64,000 nt of DNA, from IMG/VR virus record IMGVR_UViG_3300025299_000105; one strand, written 5' to 3'. Under the pieces are notes generated by a model. That model searched no databases. It saw only the letters and a program-made list of their open reading frames with translations, and was not told where the DNA came from. Position numbers and translations under genes: made by a program. Below are positions 28,118-36,605 of the stretch, piece by piece; within the stretch, counting starts at the first letter, position 1, and the number at the start of each line of letters is the position of its first letter. The stretch comes from a virus.

Positions 28118-29653
28118 TCAATAGCGCCAGTCCGGCGCCTCACGTGGCGAGGTCTCCTGCAGGGCGACGACCTCGGGGATGTCAGAAAGGAAGGTTTGGG
28201 CGACGCTGTCTCCCTTGTCGGGAGAACGGCCGAGCTCTTCTCGGATCTCGTCCTTGTCGCGGATCAGGACTGCGGCGAAGCGGCCGAGTTGCACGACCTT
28301 GTAGCGAATGGCGCAGAGATCCGCGAGCAGCTCGTCGTCGGGCGGCAGAGCGACCGGATCCTCAGCGGTCGGGTCGAGCGCCTCGCGCAGCAGCCAGTAC
28401 ATCTCGGCGCGCTTGTTGCGAAAGCGCAGATTGCCGGTCTTGTCCATGGCGTCGCTCTTCTCCGAGCCGACTACAGGCACGCAGAGCACATTGATGCCCT
28501 TCAGGAAGTCGAGCACTGAGACGCCGACACCGATGGCGTCGATCGCGACCGGCGCACCGTTGCGGATCAGCGGGATCACGAAAGCAGCGCCGGTGGGCCC
28601 GTCCTTGGTGACGACCCCGGGCACCGTCACCAGCTCGTCGAACCAGCTGCCGTGACGGCGCGCCGCCGAGGACTTGTCGATGCCGCCGCGGGCGACGTCG
28701 TAGCCCACGACCGTCATCGGCCCCTTGTTGTCTTTCGGCTTCCAACGCGCCTGCGCCGCCTTGATCCACTCCGTGGGGATCAGCTGCCAGACCGGATCGG
28801 TGCGCCCGGCCATGAAGTCGCCGCGCAGCATCTGCGAGCGCAGCGGCTCCGGTAGCGCCTGCAGCGTGGCCTTGTAGCCTGTCAGGCTGAGGTAGAGGTT
28901 GTCGTCGACGCTGGAAGGGATGAAGGTCCGGCTCTTCGGCTTCATCAGCTCCTTGCCGACCATCACGGGCTCGGGCCCGGGGACCTCCTGGTCCTTGCCG
29001 TTGGTGTCCGTCACGAACCACCGCAACTCGCCCGACTTCGCGGGATTCGGGTGCTTCGGGTCGAGCCACGGCGCCCAGAACCGGATGACCCATTCGCCCT
29101 CGGAGCTGGTCGGCGGGTTGCCGGCGCAGATCACGCGCTGGCGCACCTTCGGGTTGTCGGTGCGCATCCAGCCGATGAGCGTGCGGAACTGCAGCTCCAG
29201 GAAGTGGGTGATCTCGTCGAAGAGCTTGGCGTCATGCGGCCGGCCCTGATACTTCATCCAGTCGTCGGCCTCGCGCACGCTGCCGAGCTCGAGCACGCGC
29301 TTGCCAGGCAGGCGCCAGACGCCGTCCTGGCTGTTGTAGCCCTTTCGGGTGCCGAGGATCTTGCCCATGCGCTCCTCGATGCCGACGAGCTGAACGGCCT
29401 CGCGCCGGAAGATGATGCTGTGTTCCTGCTCGGTGAGCGCTGCGCCGAGCAGCAGATCGGTCTTGCCGCCGCCCGCGGAGCCGCCATAGAACAGGATGTC
29501 GGCCTCGGACTGCAGCGCCGCCATCTGCGGCCCGACTTGCGGCATCCACAGCGGCAATCCCTCGGTGAGCAGCAGATCGAGCTCGGCGCGCTCGCCGTCC
29601 GAAAGGAACGGCATCAGCTTCACCAACTCCGGGACGTCGATGTCATGCGCCAT
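28118..29653 (-). CDS. terL: Terminase large subunit
   Basis: Walker A YGGSAGGGKT, Walker B FDEIT, AGNPP, nuclease GYDVARGG and SPDKGDS. Confidence 0.95.
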   Translation of the reverse strand: MAHDIDVPELVKLMPFLSDGERAELDLLLTEGLPLWMPQVGPQMAALQSEADILFYGGSAGGGKTDLLLGAALTEQEHSIIFRREAVQLVGIEERMGKILGTRKGYNSQDGVWRLPGKRVLELGSVREADDWMKYQGRPHDAKLFDEITHFLELQFRTLIGWMRTDNPKVRQRVICAGNPPTSSEGEWVIRFWAPWLDPKHPNPAKSGELRWFVTDTNGKDQEVPGPEPVMVGKELMKPKSRTFIPSSVDDNLYLSLTGYKATLQALPEPLRSQMLRGDFMAGRTDPVWQLIPTEWIKAAQARWKPKDNKGPMTVVGYDVARGGIDKSSAARRHGSWFDELVTVPGVVTKDGPTGAAFVIPLIRNGAPVAIDAIGVGVSVLDFLKGINVLCVPVVGSEKSDAMDKTGNLRFRNKRAEMYWLLREALDPTAEDPVALPPDDELLADLCAIRYKVVQLGRFAAVLIRDKDEIREELGRSPDKGDSVAQTFLSDIPEVVALQETSPREAPDWRY

Positions 29654-30290
29654 CGGCCGCCCTCTTCCGCGCGATCTCGAACAGCGCAGCCAGCCGGCTG
29701 GCACGCTCCGCGTCGGTCAGCTTGCTGACGATGCCGCCCTCGTCCGGCGCGATCTTGTCGATGCCGTAGGCCTCGCGCTCGCCCTTGCGCAACTTCTCAT
29801 CGATCTCGGTCAGCTGCTTCAGCAGTCCGACGCGGGCGGCGAGCGCCATCTGCGTCGGGGCCTCCTGGGATTCGGATGCGGCCTGGTCAGCCGTCGCTTT
29901 CCCTACGGGCTTCGCCGCGCTCTCCAGCTCGACCAGTTGGGCGTCTCGCAGCGCAGACAGCCTCGTCAGGCCGGCGCGGTGCGCGATCTGCACGCGATAG
30001 ATGGCGTTCGCGTTGGCGTCGATGACGTCCTTGTCGGGGATTCGGTTCGCATTGCGCACCTCAGTGCGAACCGCCTCATTGCGTACCAGTTCGTCGGCCT
30101 TGGCCTGAATGGCTGCGGAGAGGTCCCGAGACCAGTTCTCGCGGTTGGCGCGCTTGCGGATCGCTGCTTCGGAGAGACCATGCTCCCGGGCGATCTGGCG
30201 CACGCTTTTCACGCCGGCGCGGTAGTCGGCCTCGATGGTTGGCCAGTGGGCTGTCGGCTTGTCGGAATCTGGTTCGCGCGCGTCTGTCAT
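29643..30290 (-). CDS. terS: Terminase small subunit
   Basis: HTH WPTIEADYRAGVKSVRQIAREHGLSEAAIRKRANRENW, upstream of terL. Confidence 0.85.
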   Translation of the reverse strand: MTDAREPDSDKPTAHWPTIEADYRAGVKSVRQIAREHGLSEAAIRKRANRENWSRDLSAAIQAKADELVRNEAVRTEVRNANRIPDKDVIDANANAIYRVQIAHRAGLTRLSALRDAQLVELESAAKPVGKATADQAASESQEAPTQMALAARVGLLKQLTEIDEKLRKGEREAYGIDKIAPDEGGIVSKLTDAERASRLAALFEIARKRAADGA

Positions 30291-30298
30291 GGACCGGG

Positions 30299-30341
30299 AT
30301 GATTCCGGGTGCGCACGGCTCGTGCGAACCCTACCGGGGGG
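30299..30341 (-). promoter_or_regulatory. Late-promoter motif copy 5 plus -10
   Basis: CGAACCCTACCGGGGGG at 30325-30341; -10 AATCAT at 30299-30304. Confidence 0.7.
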
Positions 30342-30418
30342 ACAACGCAACTGCATTTACCCGACCATGCTGGGCAGAGCCGAAGTGGCAAACTTGAGAA
30401 AACTATCGAGGAGGGCCA

Positions 30419-31279
30419 ATGGCCACGTTTTCCCAGCGAGTCGGTCTAAAACCCTTAGAGAAAGCCATTCAACTGCAGGCTATAGACCAAGACCTGCGAA
30501 ATGCGCTTTGGAACGTCATGGACATCTACGCTTGGTCGGCGTACCGCCCGTATGACGGGTACCAATATGAGGACGCCACCGACAGGGTTGAGCGACTGGT
30601 GGTCGGGATCTTCCTAAGGCTATACAAGATGGCGCACGACGCCATGCCCAAACTCAAAGATGCGAAATACGGAGAGCAGAAGGCCTTCCCGTGGTTGCGC
30701 CAAGTGGTGATGAATGGCGAGTGGCACGAGGTCTACGACCTAGTCGACTTCATTGCCCGTGAGGCACACCCATCACTACAAAAAACACTCGTCCCGGCTT
30801 TCAACTCGGCTCTGACTCGAGAAAACGCAGCCTACCGGTTCGTCAGCGGTGAGTTGGTGGAAATCACCGAACGTTCCGAGATTGAAGCGATTGAGTCAGC
30901 CATCAGCAAGGGCTCACGAGACTCGAAGGCTCACCTGGAACGCGCACTACAACTGCTGGCCGATAGAAAAGCGCCGGACTATAGGAACTCAATCAAAGAG
31001 TCGATTTCGGCGGTGGAGAGTGTCTGCAAAGCGATCGCGGGAAATCCGGCAGCAACGCTGGGAGATGCCATGAAACAGCTCAAGAAGACCCGCACTGTGC
31101 ATCCCCTGCTGGAGCAGGCGTTGATCAAACTCTATGGATACACGAACGATGCTGGCGGCATTCGACACGCCCTGACCGAAGCCTCTGTCGACGTGACCAG
31201 CGAAGACGCCAGGTTCATGCTTGTGGTCTGCTCGAGTTTCTGTAGCTATCTTTGGGCTCTTTCGGCCACGTCGTCCTAA
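30419..31279 (+). CDS. AbiJ-NTD4-like domain protein with HEPN/Abi-like C-terminus (putative anti-phage moron)
   Basis: FSQRVG...LRNALWN, YDLVDFI, NSIKESISAVE, LYGYTNDAGGIRH (RH motif); visibly more AT-rich; opposite strand. Confidence 0.75.
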   Translation: MATFSQRVGLKPLEKAIQLQAIDQDLRNALWNVMDIYAWSAYRPYDGYQYEDATDRVERLVVGIFLRLYKMAHDAMPKLKDAKYGEQKAFPWLRQVVMNGEWHEVYDLVDFIAREAHPSLQKTLVPAFNSALTRENAAYRFVSGELVEITERSEIEAIESAISKGSRDSKAHLERALQLLADRKAPDYRNSIKESISAVESVCKAIAGNPAATLGDAMKQLKKTRTVHPLLEQALIKLYGYTNDAGGIRHALTEASVDVTSEDARFMLVVCSSFCSYLWALSATSS

Positions 31280-31357
31280 GAATTCTGGGCACAAGCCGAA
31301 TGTGCCGGTTGCCTCCGGCGCTGCTCTCGCGGCAGCGGCTTCAGCCCATAGGGCGAA

Positions 31358-31642
31358 TCAGGTCGACGGGCACATACGCCAGCCCGGCATCATGCGGGGG
31401 CGTTCCCGCTTGGCCAAGCGCAGGGCGTAGGCACAGAACTGCAGCAGTTCGACCGGTCGCGCCACCAGCTGCAGTGCCGGCTGTTCGAACGCGGCCGGCA
31501 CGCTGGCCACGAAGTCGCAGGTGAAGCGGTAGACCGCAGTGCAGACCGTGGTGACGCGATCGACCACGGCGGCGGCACCGCTGGCCATTACCGCCAGCGC
31601 GGCGACAGCGAGATGGAGGAAGCGGGATCGGGAGAAGTGCAT
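31358..31642 (-). CDS. Phage hypothetical protein ending KRERP...WRMCPST
   Basis: GAGGA SD, 94 aa, behind a late-motif promoter. Confidence 0.7.
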   Translation of the reverse strand: MHFSRSRFLHLAVAALAVMASGAAAVVDRVTTVCTAVYRFTCDFVASVPAAFEQPALQLVARPVELLQFCAYALRLAKRERPRMMPGWRMCPST

Positions 31643-31708
31643 GGGAGTCCTCGAAGGTTGATGCCGCGGCTACCGGCGGGAGCCCCTTGCCATGACGGGG
31701 ACGGCCGC

Positions 31709-31751
31709 ATCTTCTGACCGCCCCGCTGGACGGGCCAACCCTACTGGGGTG
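31709..31751 (-). promoter_or_regulatory. Late-promoter motif copy 6 plus -10
   Basis: CCAACCCTACTGGGGTG at 31735-31751; -10 GAAGAT at 31709-31714. Confidence 0.7.
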
Positions 31752-31765
31752 CGCCAGCGCCTCTG

Positions 31766-32083
31766 CTACAGGATGCGAGCTTTCATCATCGACTCGGCCT
31801 TGACGTAGCGGATGCGGGCCTCGGCATCGCACCACCACTGCATGGCTGCGGTGGGGCCGGCCTCCCAGTCCGGCGGGTCCTCGAACATCACGGCCTTGGC
31901 GCTGGCCGTGGAGATATTGCCGTTGGCGTCACGACCGATGGCGGCCGTGGTGGCGAAGTGGTCGCGCAGCGCGGCGTCGCGCGTGGCGGCATCGATGTGA
32001 CTGCCGATCCACTGCAGAGCCTGGTCTTGCGTGCACTCGCCCTTGGCAAGCATGGCGAGGATTTCTTCGATGCTGGGAATCAT
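31766..32083 (-). CDS. Phage hypothetical protein (LRDxFA...AxxMxxAR family)
   Basis: LRDHFA...RYVKAESMMKAR; related to 46748-47074. Confidence 0.65.
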   Translation of the reverse strand: MIPSIEEILAMLAKGECTQDQALQWIGSHIDAATRDAALRDHFATTAAIGRDANGNISTASAKAVMFEDPPDWEAGPTAAMQWWCDAEARIRYVKAESMMKARIL

Positions 32084-32139
32084 GATGCTTGACTTCTCGG
32101 TTGATGGGCTCTCGCCCGGGGTTGTGGCCTCTCGGCCGA

Positions 32140-32649
32140 TTACAAGAACTGGATCTCGGCCTGCTTCGGCAGGCGCTGCAGGCGGCGAATGACTTCGTCC
32201 TGCTGGTCGACGCGGTGCTGGGCCAGGGCGAGCTGGCGCCTGAGATCCGCGATGGCGTCGGTGAGCTCTCGCGCACCCTGCAGGCTGGTCATCTCCTCCG
32301 AACTGCCGCGGAACAGGCTGCCAATGCGGCGGCAGTCGGCGGGGTTCAGGTCGAGGCAGGCGTCGCCGACCTCCAGCTTGGCCATGCCGCTGGGCAGTAC
32401 GGTCAGCGAGATCGCTTGGGCCGCCGGCAGCTCCTCGACGGGCTCGAAGACGCCGGGCGAGACCCTGCGCAGACGACCGTCCTCCAGCATCCGCTTCACG
32501 TGGTCGTCGACCACGCTGTAGCTCTGGCCCGTCATCTCCTTGACGACGGAGCGCGTGGCGATGCGGCCGGCGTTGTGCAGGTCCTGGATGGTCTGGAACA
32601 CCAGCTCGCCGACACCACGGCGCACGGGCTGAGACGGCTTCTGGATCAT
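32140..32649 (-). CDS. Winged-HTH protein with C-terminal coiled coil (candidate late activator)
   Basis: VFQTIQDLHNAGRIATRSVVKEMTGQSYSVVDDHVKRMLEDGRLRRVSPGVF is a wHTH pattern. Confidence 0.7.
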   Translation of the reverse strand: MIQKPSQPVRRGVGELVFQTIQDLHNAGRIATRSVVKEMTGQSYSVVDDHVKRMLEDGRLRRVSPGVFEPVEELPAAQAISLTVLPSGMAKLEVGDACLDLNPADCRRIGSLFRGSSEEMTSLQGARELTDAIADLRRQLALAQHRVDQQDEVIRRLQRLPKQAEIQFL

Positions 32650-33119
32650 TGAACTCCTGATTGCTGAGGAACGGCGCGGCTGCGCACGCTGCGCTCCCGG
32701 TCGATCGCTTTCTGGACGGCGCGCTGGTAGGTAGACAGGTCCACGCTGGTGCGCTGCAGGTCGTGGTACTCGTAGAGGTCGCGCACGGCCTGCAGGTCGG
32801 GGCCCGTGGCACCGAGTCGCCCTGTCGCCGCATGCCGCTGCGCGGCCGACTGAAGGAAGCGTTCGACCAGTTCGATGGTCGGCAGGACCTCGGGCCCGAC
32901 ACCGAACTCGACGAGCACGCGGGCGGGCTGCACCACGGCCTGGATCGTCGACCAGTGGTCCCACGTCGCGCGGCCGAACTGAAATGCATCGAGAGCAGCG
33001 TTTTCGAGCTTGCGCAGGAGCGCGAGCCGCTGATCGTCGATGGTGCAGGCGCCGGCGATCGCGACCTGGGTGGCCAGCGGGTCTATTCCCCAGTGCTTGC
33101 GGCGGCAGCGCTTGCGCAT
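32646..33119 (-). CDS. Phage hypothetical protein
   Basis: 157 aa coupled ORF in the nin-like region. Confidence 0.7.
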   Translation of the reverse strand: MRKRCRRKHWGIDPLATQVAIAGACTIDDQRLALLRKLENAALDAFQFGRATWDHWSTIQAVVQPARVLVEFGVGPEVLPTIELVERFLQSAAQRHAATGRLGATGPDLQAVRDLYEYHDLQRTSVDLSTYQRAVQKAIDRERSVRSRAVPQQSGVQ

Positions 33120-33337
33120 GCTGTGCTCCTCGTGAAACGGAAGCCGACCTGCCCTTCCAGGCGCTCCAGCCGGCCGGCGCGCACCAGCGCCTGAACGTGG
33201 TCGTTCGCCGCGTTCGGGCTGGCATAGCCGAAGTGGCGCGCAATCGTCGGCATGGTGGGCATGTTGTCGTTCGCGGCCTCGTACTCGACCATGAAGGCGA
33301 GGATCTCCTCCTGCTTGGCGGTGAGCTTTGTCGTCAT
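33083..33337 (-). CDS. Stand-alone LexA-type DNA-binding domain
   Basis: LTAKQEEILAFM...PTMPTIARHFGYASPNAANDHVQALVRAGRLER matches the LexA N-terminal wHTH; no peptidase domain. Confidence 0.8.
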   Translation of the reverse strand: MTTKLTAKQEEILAFMVEYEAANDNMPTMPTIARHFGYASPNAANDHVQALVRAGRLERLEGQVGFRFTRSTACASAAAASTGE

Positions 33338-33654
33338 GCCGGCATCCTTTCGCGAATGAGTTCGGGCTGGATCACGGGCAGCGGCACCGGCTTGCGCAGC
33401 ACCATCTCGTCGACGGCGTCGTCGCCGGGATCGCGGATAGGCCGCAGGTAGGCGTCGCCGATGACCATCGGCAGCCTGTCGTCGTGGCCGTCCACCAGCC
33501 AGCAGTCCTGGCCGCGGTCGTGGCTGATGCAGCCGTTCTTGGCGCGCACGGCGCCGCCGCGATGCGCTTCGATGACGGTGACCGGGAGCCCTCGCATGGA
33601 GCGGTCTCGATACGGCGCCACGATGTGGGCCAGATCTCCGGGGCGGCAGTTCAT
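33334..33654 (-). CDS. Phage hypothetical protein (MNCRPGDLA family)
   Basis: MNCRPGDLAHIV...DAYLRPIRDPGDDAVDEM. Confidence 0.7.
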   Translation of the reverse strand: MNCRPGDLAHIVAPYRDRSMRGLPVTVIEAHRGGAVRAKNGCISHDRGQDCWLVDGHDDRLPMVIGDAYLRPIRDPGDDAVDEMVLRKPVPLPVIQPELIRERMPA

Positions 33655-34142
33655 GGCAAATCTCCTGTTTCGGGTTCGGCCCAGCGCGGCAGGTTCGCCG
33701 GCCACAGGCCCAAGGCTTCAATCTGGCGGCGGGTATCGGCGCCCCAGGCGGGTTCGATGAGGCGTCGAGCAGCCTTGGTCATCAGCGCGTGCTGGTCGAA
33801 CCGCAGGTGACAGCCCCGAACACCAGGCCGGTCGCAACACAGCGGAAAGCAGAGCCGGTCGTCGGTCTTCGTGCCGGCGCCCTTGTCGGTGTTGGGGTGG
33901 GCGGCCTGGCTGTAGCCGTCGATTCCGCAGACCTTGCAGGGCAGCAGCGCGACGAGCCGACGGTACTTCTCGCTCTCGACGGGCACGACCTTCGGCACTG
34001 GCGCCGCTGGCGCTGGTGCCGCGTAGGTGCCGCGCCGGATCGCTGCCGTGAGCGTGCGGGCGCCGAGCGCAACCCGAGATGGGCGCGCTGGAGGCAGCCG
34101 GCGCTTGAAGCCCTTGCCGCGTGGCATCGGAGCGCGTCTCAC
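33651..34142 (-). CDS. HNH/His-Me finger nuclease (Ref/DUF968-like)
   Basis: LPCKVCG...QAAH...KTDDRLCFPLC...CHLRFD. Confidence 0.75.
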   Translation of the reverse strand: MRRAPMPRGKGFKRRLPPARPSRVALGARTLTAAIRRGTYAAPAPAAPVPKVVPVESEKYRRLVALLPCKVCGIDGYSQAAHPNTDKGAGTKTDDRLCFPLCCDRPGVRGCHLRFDQHALMTKAARRLIEPAWGADTRRQIEALGLWPANLPRWAEPETGDLP

Positions 34143-34687
34143 GGCTGGCCTCCGTCGTCATCCCGGCGGGCCAGCACCGACTCCAGCATCTCGGCGCGCT
34201 TCGCTGGCGACAGGTGCGGCCAAAGCCGGCGCTGCGCGAACGGGGTCCGCAGGAAGGCCAGCATCGCGGCGTGGACCTCGCGCATCTCGTCGTCGCTGCA
34301 CTGGTCGTAGGAGGTGCTGCGCGGCACGAAGCGCAGCGCGCCACGGGGCCCGACCTGGTAGTCGCCCCACGCGGCGCCGACCTTGAGCCAGTCCCGGAAG
34401 GGCTCGAGCTGCGCCCAGCGCTCCTGGCTCTCGAAGAGGCGCTGTTCCATGCCCATGTGCATGCGGTGGTAGGGCCCGGAGCGCTCGACCACGTTGTCGA
34501 ACTGGAAGACCTGGCCGACCTCGGCCTTCATGATCCGCGACCAGAACCGCCGCCAGCGGGTGTTGTGCTGCTCGTTGAGACCCCGGATGCCGTCGAAGAT
34601 GAACCGGCGCACGATCGAGAGTTCGTGCTCGGACCAGCCGGCCAGCGGGTGGGCCTTCATGATGAGGATCGAGGATGGTTTCGTCAT
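34139..34687 (-). CDS. DUF1367/NinB-like protein
   Basis: RSGPYHRMHM...FRDWLKVGAAW...PRSTSYDQCSDDEM. Confidence 0.7.
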   Translation of the reverse strand: MTKPSSILIMKAHPLAGWSEHELSIVRRFIFDGIRGLNEQHNTRWRRFWSRIMKAEVGQVFQFDNVVERSGPYHRMHMGMEQRLFESQERWAQLEPFRDWLKVGAAWGDYQVGPRGALRFVPRSTSYDQCSDDEMREVHAAMLAFLRTPFAQRRLWPHLSPAKRAEMLESVLARRDDDGGQP

Positions 34688-34836
34688 GCCGTCACTTTCG
34701 AGACGCGGAAGAGGACGCCGCCGAGCGGGATGCGGTCGCCGATGCGCACGAGCAGGGGCGATGCGCGATCGCCGGAGACCTGCAGGACGACGGTGCGCCA
34801 GCGGCCGCGGCCGGTAGGAACGAGGTGCAAAGTCAT
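34684..34836 (-). CDS. Small hypothetical protein
   Basis: 50 aa, ATGA-type coupling at both ends. Confidence 0.6.
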   Translation of the reverse strand: MTLHLVPTGRGRWRTVVLQVSGDRASPLLVRIGDRIPLGGVLFRVSKVTA

Positions 34837-35603
34837 CGCGCCGGCACCTCCATGGGGATCGCGGCCTGGCACGGCAGCGCGGCGGCGCTCTCCTCCCGAA
34901 CCTTTGCCAGGACCTGCGCGTAGACGTCGGGGTGCTGGCGGTCGAAGTCGAGCCCGGGCCCGCGCGTGAACTGCCCGGGCTGAGCGGAGGGAACGAGCCA
35001 GCCGCCGGGCCCAGTCCAGCGCCGGGGATCGATCCGCTGGGCCTTGAAGTCCGCGCGCGTTACGAAGCCGCGCAGCTCCAGCGTGGCCACGATGCGCAGC
35101 GCCGCGATCTTCCACTTCGTGAGCTGCACCGGGGCGCTGGCGCCGGCGACGACATCGGGCACGAACTCCGGCACCTCGCAGCGCTGGCGCGGCGACCAGT
35201 AGTGCCAGCCCCCGTTCCAGTGCTCCATGCCAAGCTCAGGGGTGAACGAAGTCCGAATGGCGCCGCGCAGGGGACGGATCACCATCAGGCCGAGCGCGGC
35301 ACAGATTCCGTCGTATGTGGAATCCGAGTCCGGCACCAGCACCGCGCGATAGTCAGGCCCACGGTCGTGCCAGCACTCCCACGCTTCGGGGATGCATTGC
35401 GCCAGCACCTTCAGGTTCGCCTTCAGCTTGGCCTGCACGCCGATTTGCGTGCCGTCCTCGGCCACCAGCAGGATGTCCCAGCCTGCGGTCTCCGCGTAGG
35501 CAGTCCAGCGCGGGCCGCGCGCGCAAGCCGACTCAGCTGCGACCCAGCGGATGAAGTCGGCGCAGAGATCCGACTCGAGCGCGTAGAGCGGAGTCTTTTT
35601 CAT
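34833..35603 (-). CDS. PD-(D/E)XK-like fold protein with probable C-terminal wHTH
   Basis: ETAGWDILLV...IGVQAKL motif. Confidence 0.6.
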   Translation of the reverse strand: MKKTPLYALESDLCADFIRWVAAESACARGPRWTAYAETAGWDILLVAEDGTQIGVQAKLKANLKVLAQCIPEAWECWHDRGPDYRAVLVPDSDSTYDGICAALGLMVIRPLRGAIRTSFTPELGMEHWNGGWHYWSPRQRCEVPEFVPDVVAGASAPVQLTKWKIAALRIVATLELRGFVTRADFKAQRIDPRRWTGPGGWLVPSAQPGQFTRGPGLDFDRQHPDVYAQVLAKVREESAAALPCQAAIPMEVPAR

Positions 35604-35824
35604 CGAGCTGCCCTCCGGCGCCGGGACGCCCATTGCCAGCTCCAGATCCGCGCGTCGGGCTCGATGTGCTCGGGGCCAGGCAGCACGATGCAGTGCAGCG
35701 TGCGGGTCCCTCCGACGCGCAGGACCTGGTAGAGCCTGCCGGTGGCCATGCAGAGCACATCGCTCGGGCTTGGCACGTCGCCGAAGGCAACGCGCAGCTT
35801 CACAGGATCCCAAGCCTGCTTCAT
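35600..35824 (-). CDS. Small hypothetical protein
   Basis: 74 aa, coupled at both ends. Confidence 0.55.
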   Translation of the reverse strand: MKQAWDPVKLRVAFGDVPSPSDVLCMATGRLYQVLRVGGTRTLHCIVLPGPEHIEPDARIWSWQWASRRRRAAR

Positions 35825-36141
35825 GCCGGGATGCCCTCGTTCGGCGCCGCGGCGTTGAGGTAGATCACCCGCATCTCCAGCCGCTGGGCGATGTGGTGCT
35901 CCAGCGATGCGCCCCTGCTCCACTCCCAGCCGGGCAGCATCAGGATGGCGTCGCAATCGACGAGCTGCTTGATGTCGGCGCGCATGCAGGGCAGCCAGCC
36001 AGCGGTCGGGTCGGCGTTGATCTCGGCCGGGTTCACCACCTCCAGGCCCTCGGCGCGAAGGCGCGCTGCCTCGCGGTGGAACAGCGGGAAGTTCAAGTCC
36101 GGCTTTCCGGTCATGGGCCCGGCGATGTAGATGCGCTTCAT
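35821..36141 (-). CDS. DUF4406 family (nucleoside 2-deoxyribosyltransferase-like)
   Basis: RIYIAGPMTG...NF..F...VVNPAE...CDAILMLPGWEWSRGASLEH. Confidence 0.88.
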   Translation of the reverse strand: MKRIYIAGPMTGKPDLNFPLFHREAARLRAEGLEVVNPAEINADPTAGWLPCMRADIKQLVDCDAILMLPGWEWSRGASLEHHIAQRLEMRVIYLNAAAPNEGIPA

Positions 36142-36605
36142 GCCGTGGCTCCCAGCAAGTCGCCCTGCTCCTGGGCCGGCGGGGCCGGATCGAGCAGTTC
36201 GACACGCACTGCGACGCCCGGCACCATGCTGTAGCGCTTCGAAACCGCGAGTTCGACGGCCTGCACGTCATCCTTCCAGACGACACCGTTCATCGCGTCG
36301 AAGATCGCCTTGATGACGTTGTCGGCGTCAGGCTTGGTGGTCGGCCGAATCTCGCCCGCGGCAGCCGCGCGTTGCTTCTTCTGCGACCAGCTCGCGGGGA
36401 TCTGGCAATCGATGCGCAGCTTCACCTCGCAGGCGCCTTCCAGCAGCGCCGCGCCGGCCATCGCCTGCTGCGCGGCCAGCGCCACGAGGCCTTCGTAGTT
36501 CACTGTCTTCTCGGGGGTGAACATGCGGGCGTGCGCACCCACCTTGCCGATGCGAGGACGCCCCTTGCCAACAGGCTGGCCGGGAACATGGAAATGCAGA
36601 ATCAC
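36138..36605 (-). CDS. rusA: Holliday junction resolvase RusA
   Basis: GQPVGKGRPR, TKPDADNVIKAIFDAMNG, WKDDVQ. Confidence 0.9.
   Translation of the reverse strand: MILHFHVPGQPVGKGRPRIGKVGAHARMFTPEKTVNYEGLVALAAQQAMAGAALLEGACEVKLRIDCQIPASWSQKKQRAAAAGEIRPTTKPDADNVIKAIFDAMNGVVWKDDVQAVELAVSKRYSMVPGVAVRVELLDPAPPAQEQGDLLGATA

Noticed and set aside
12779-28124. Long + strand ORFs (12779-13960, 14326-15864, 18948-20195, 22549-23895, 26736-28124)
   Set aside because: Antisense shadows of real minus-strand genes, expected in high-GC DNA; no recognisable motifs.
34890-34910. Possible seventh late-motif copy (CGAACCTTTGCC)
   Set aside because: It lacks the TA and GGG half and lies inside a coding region.
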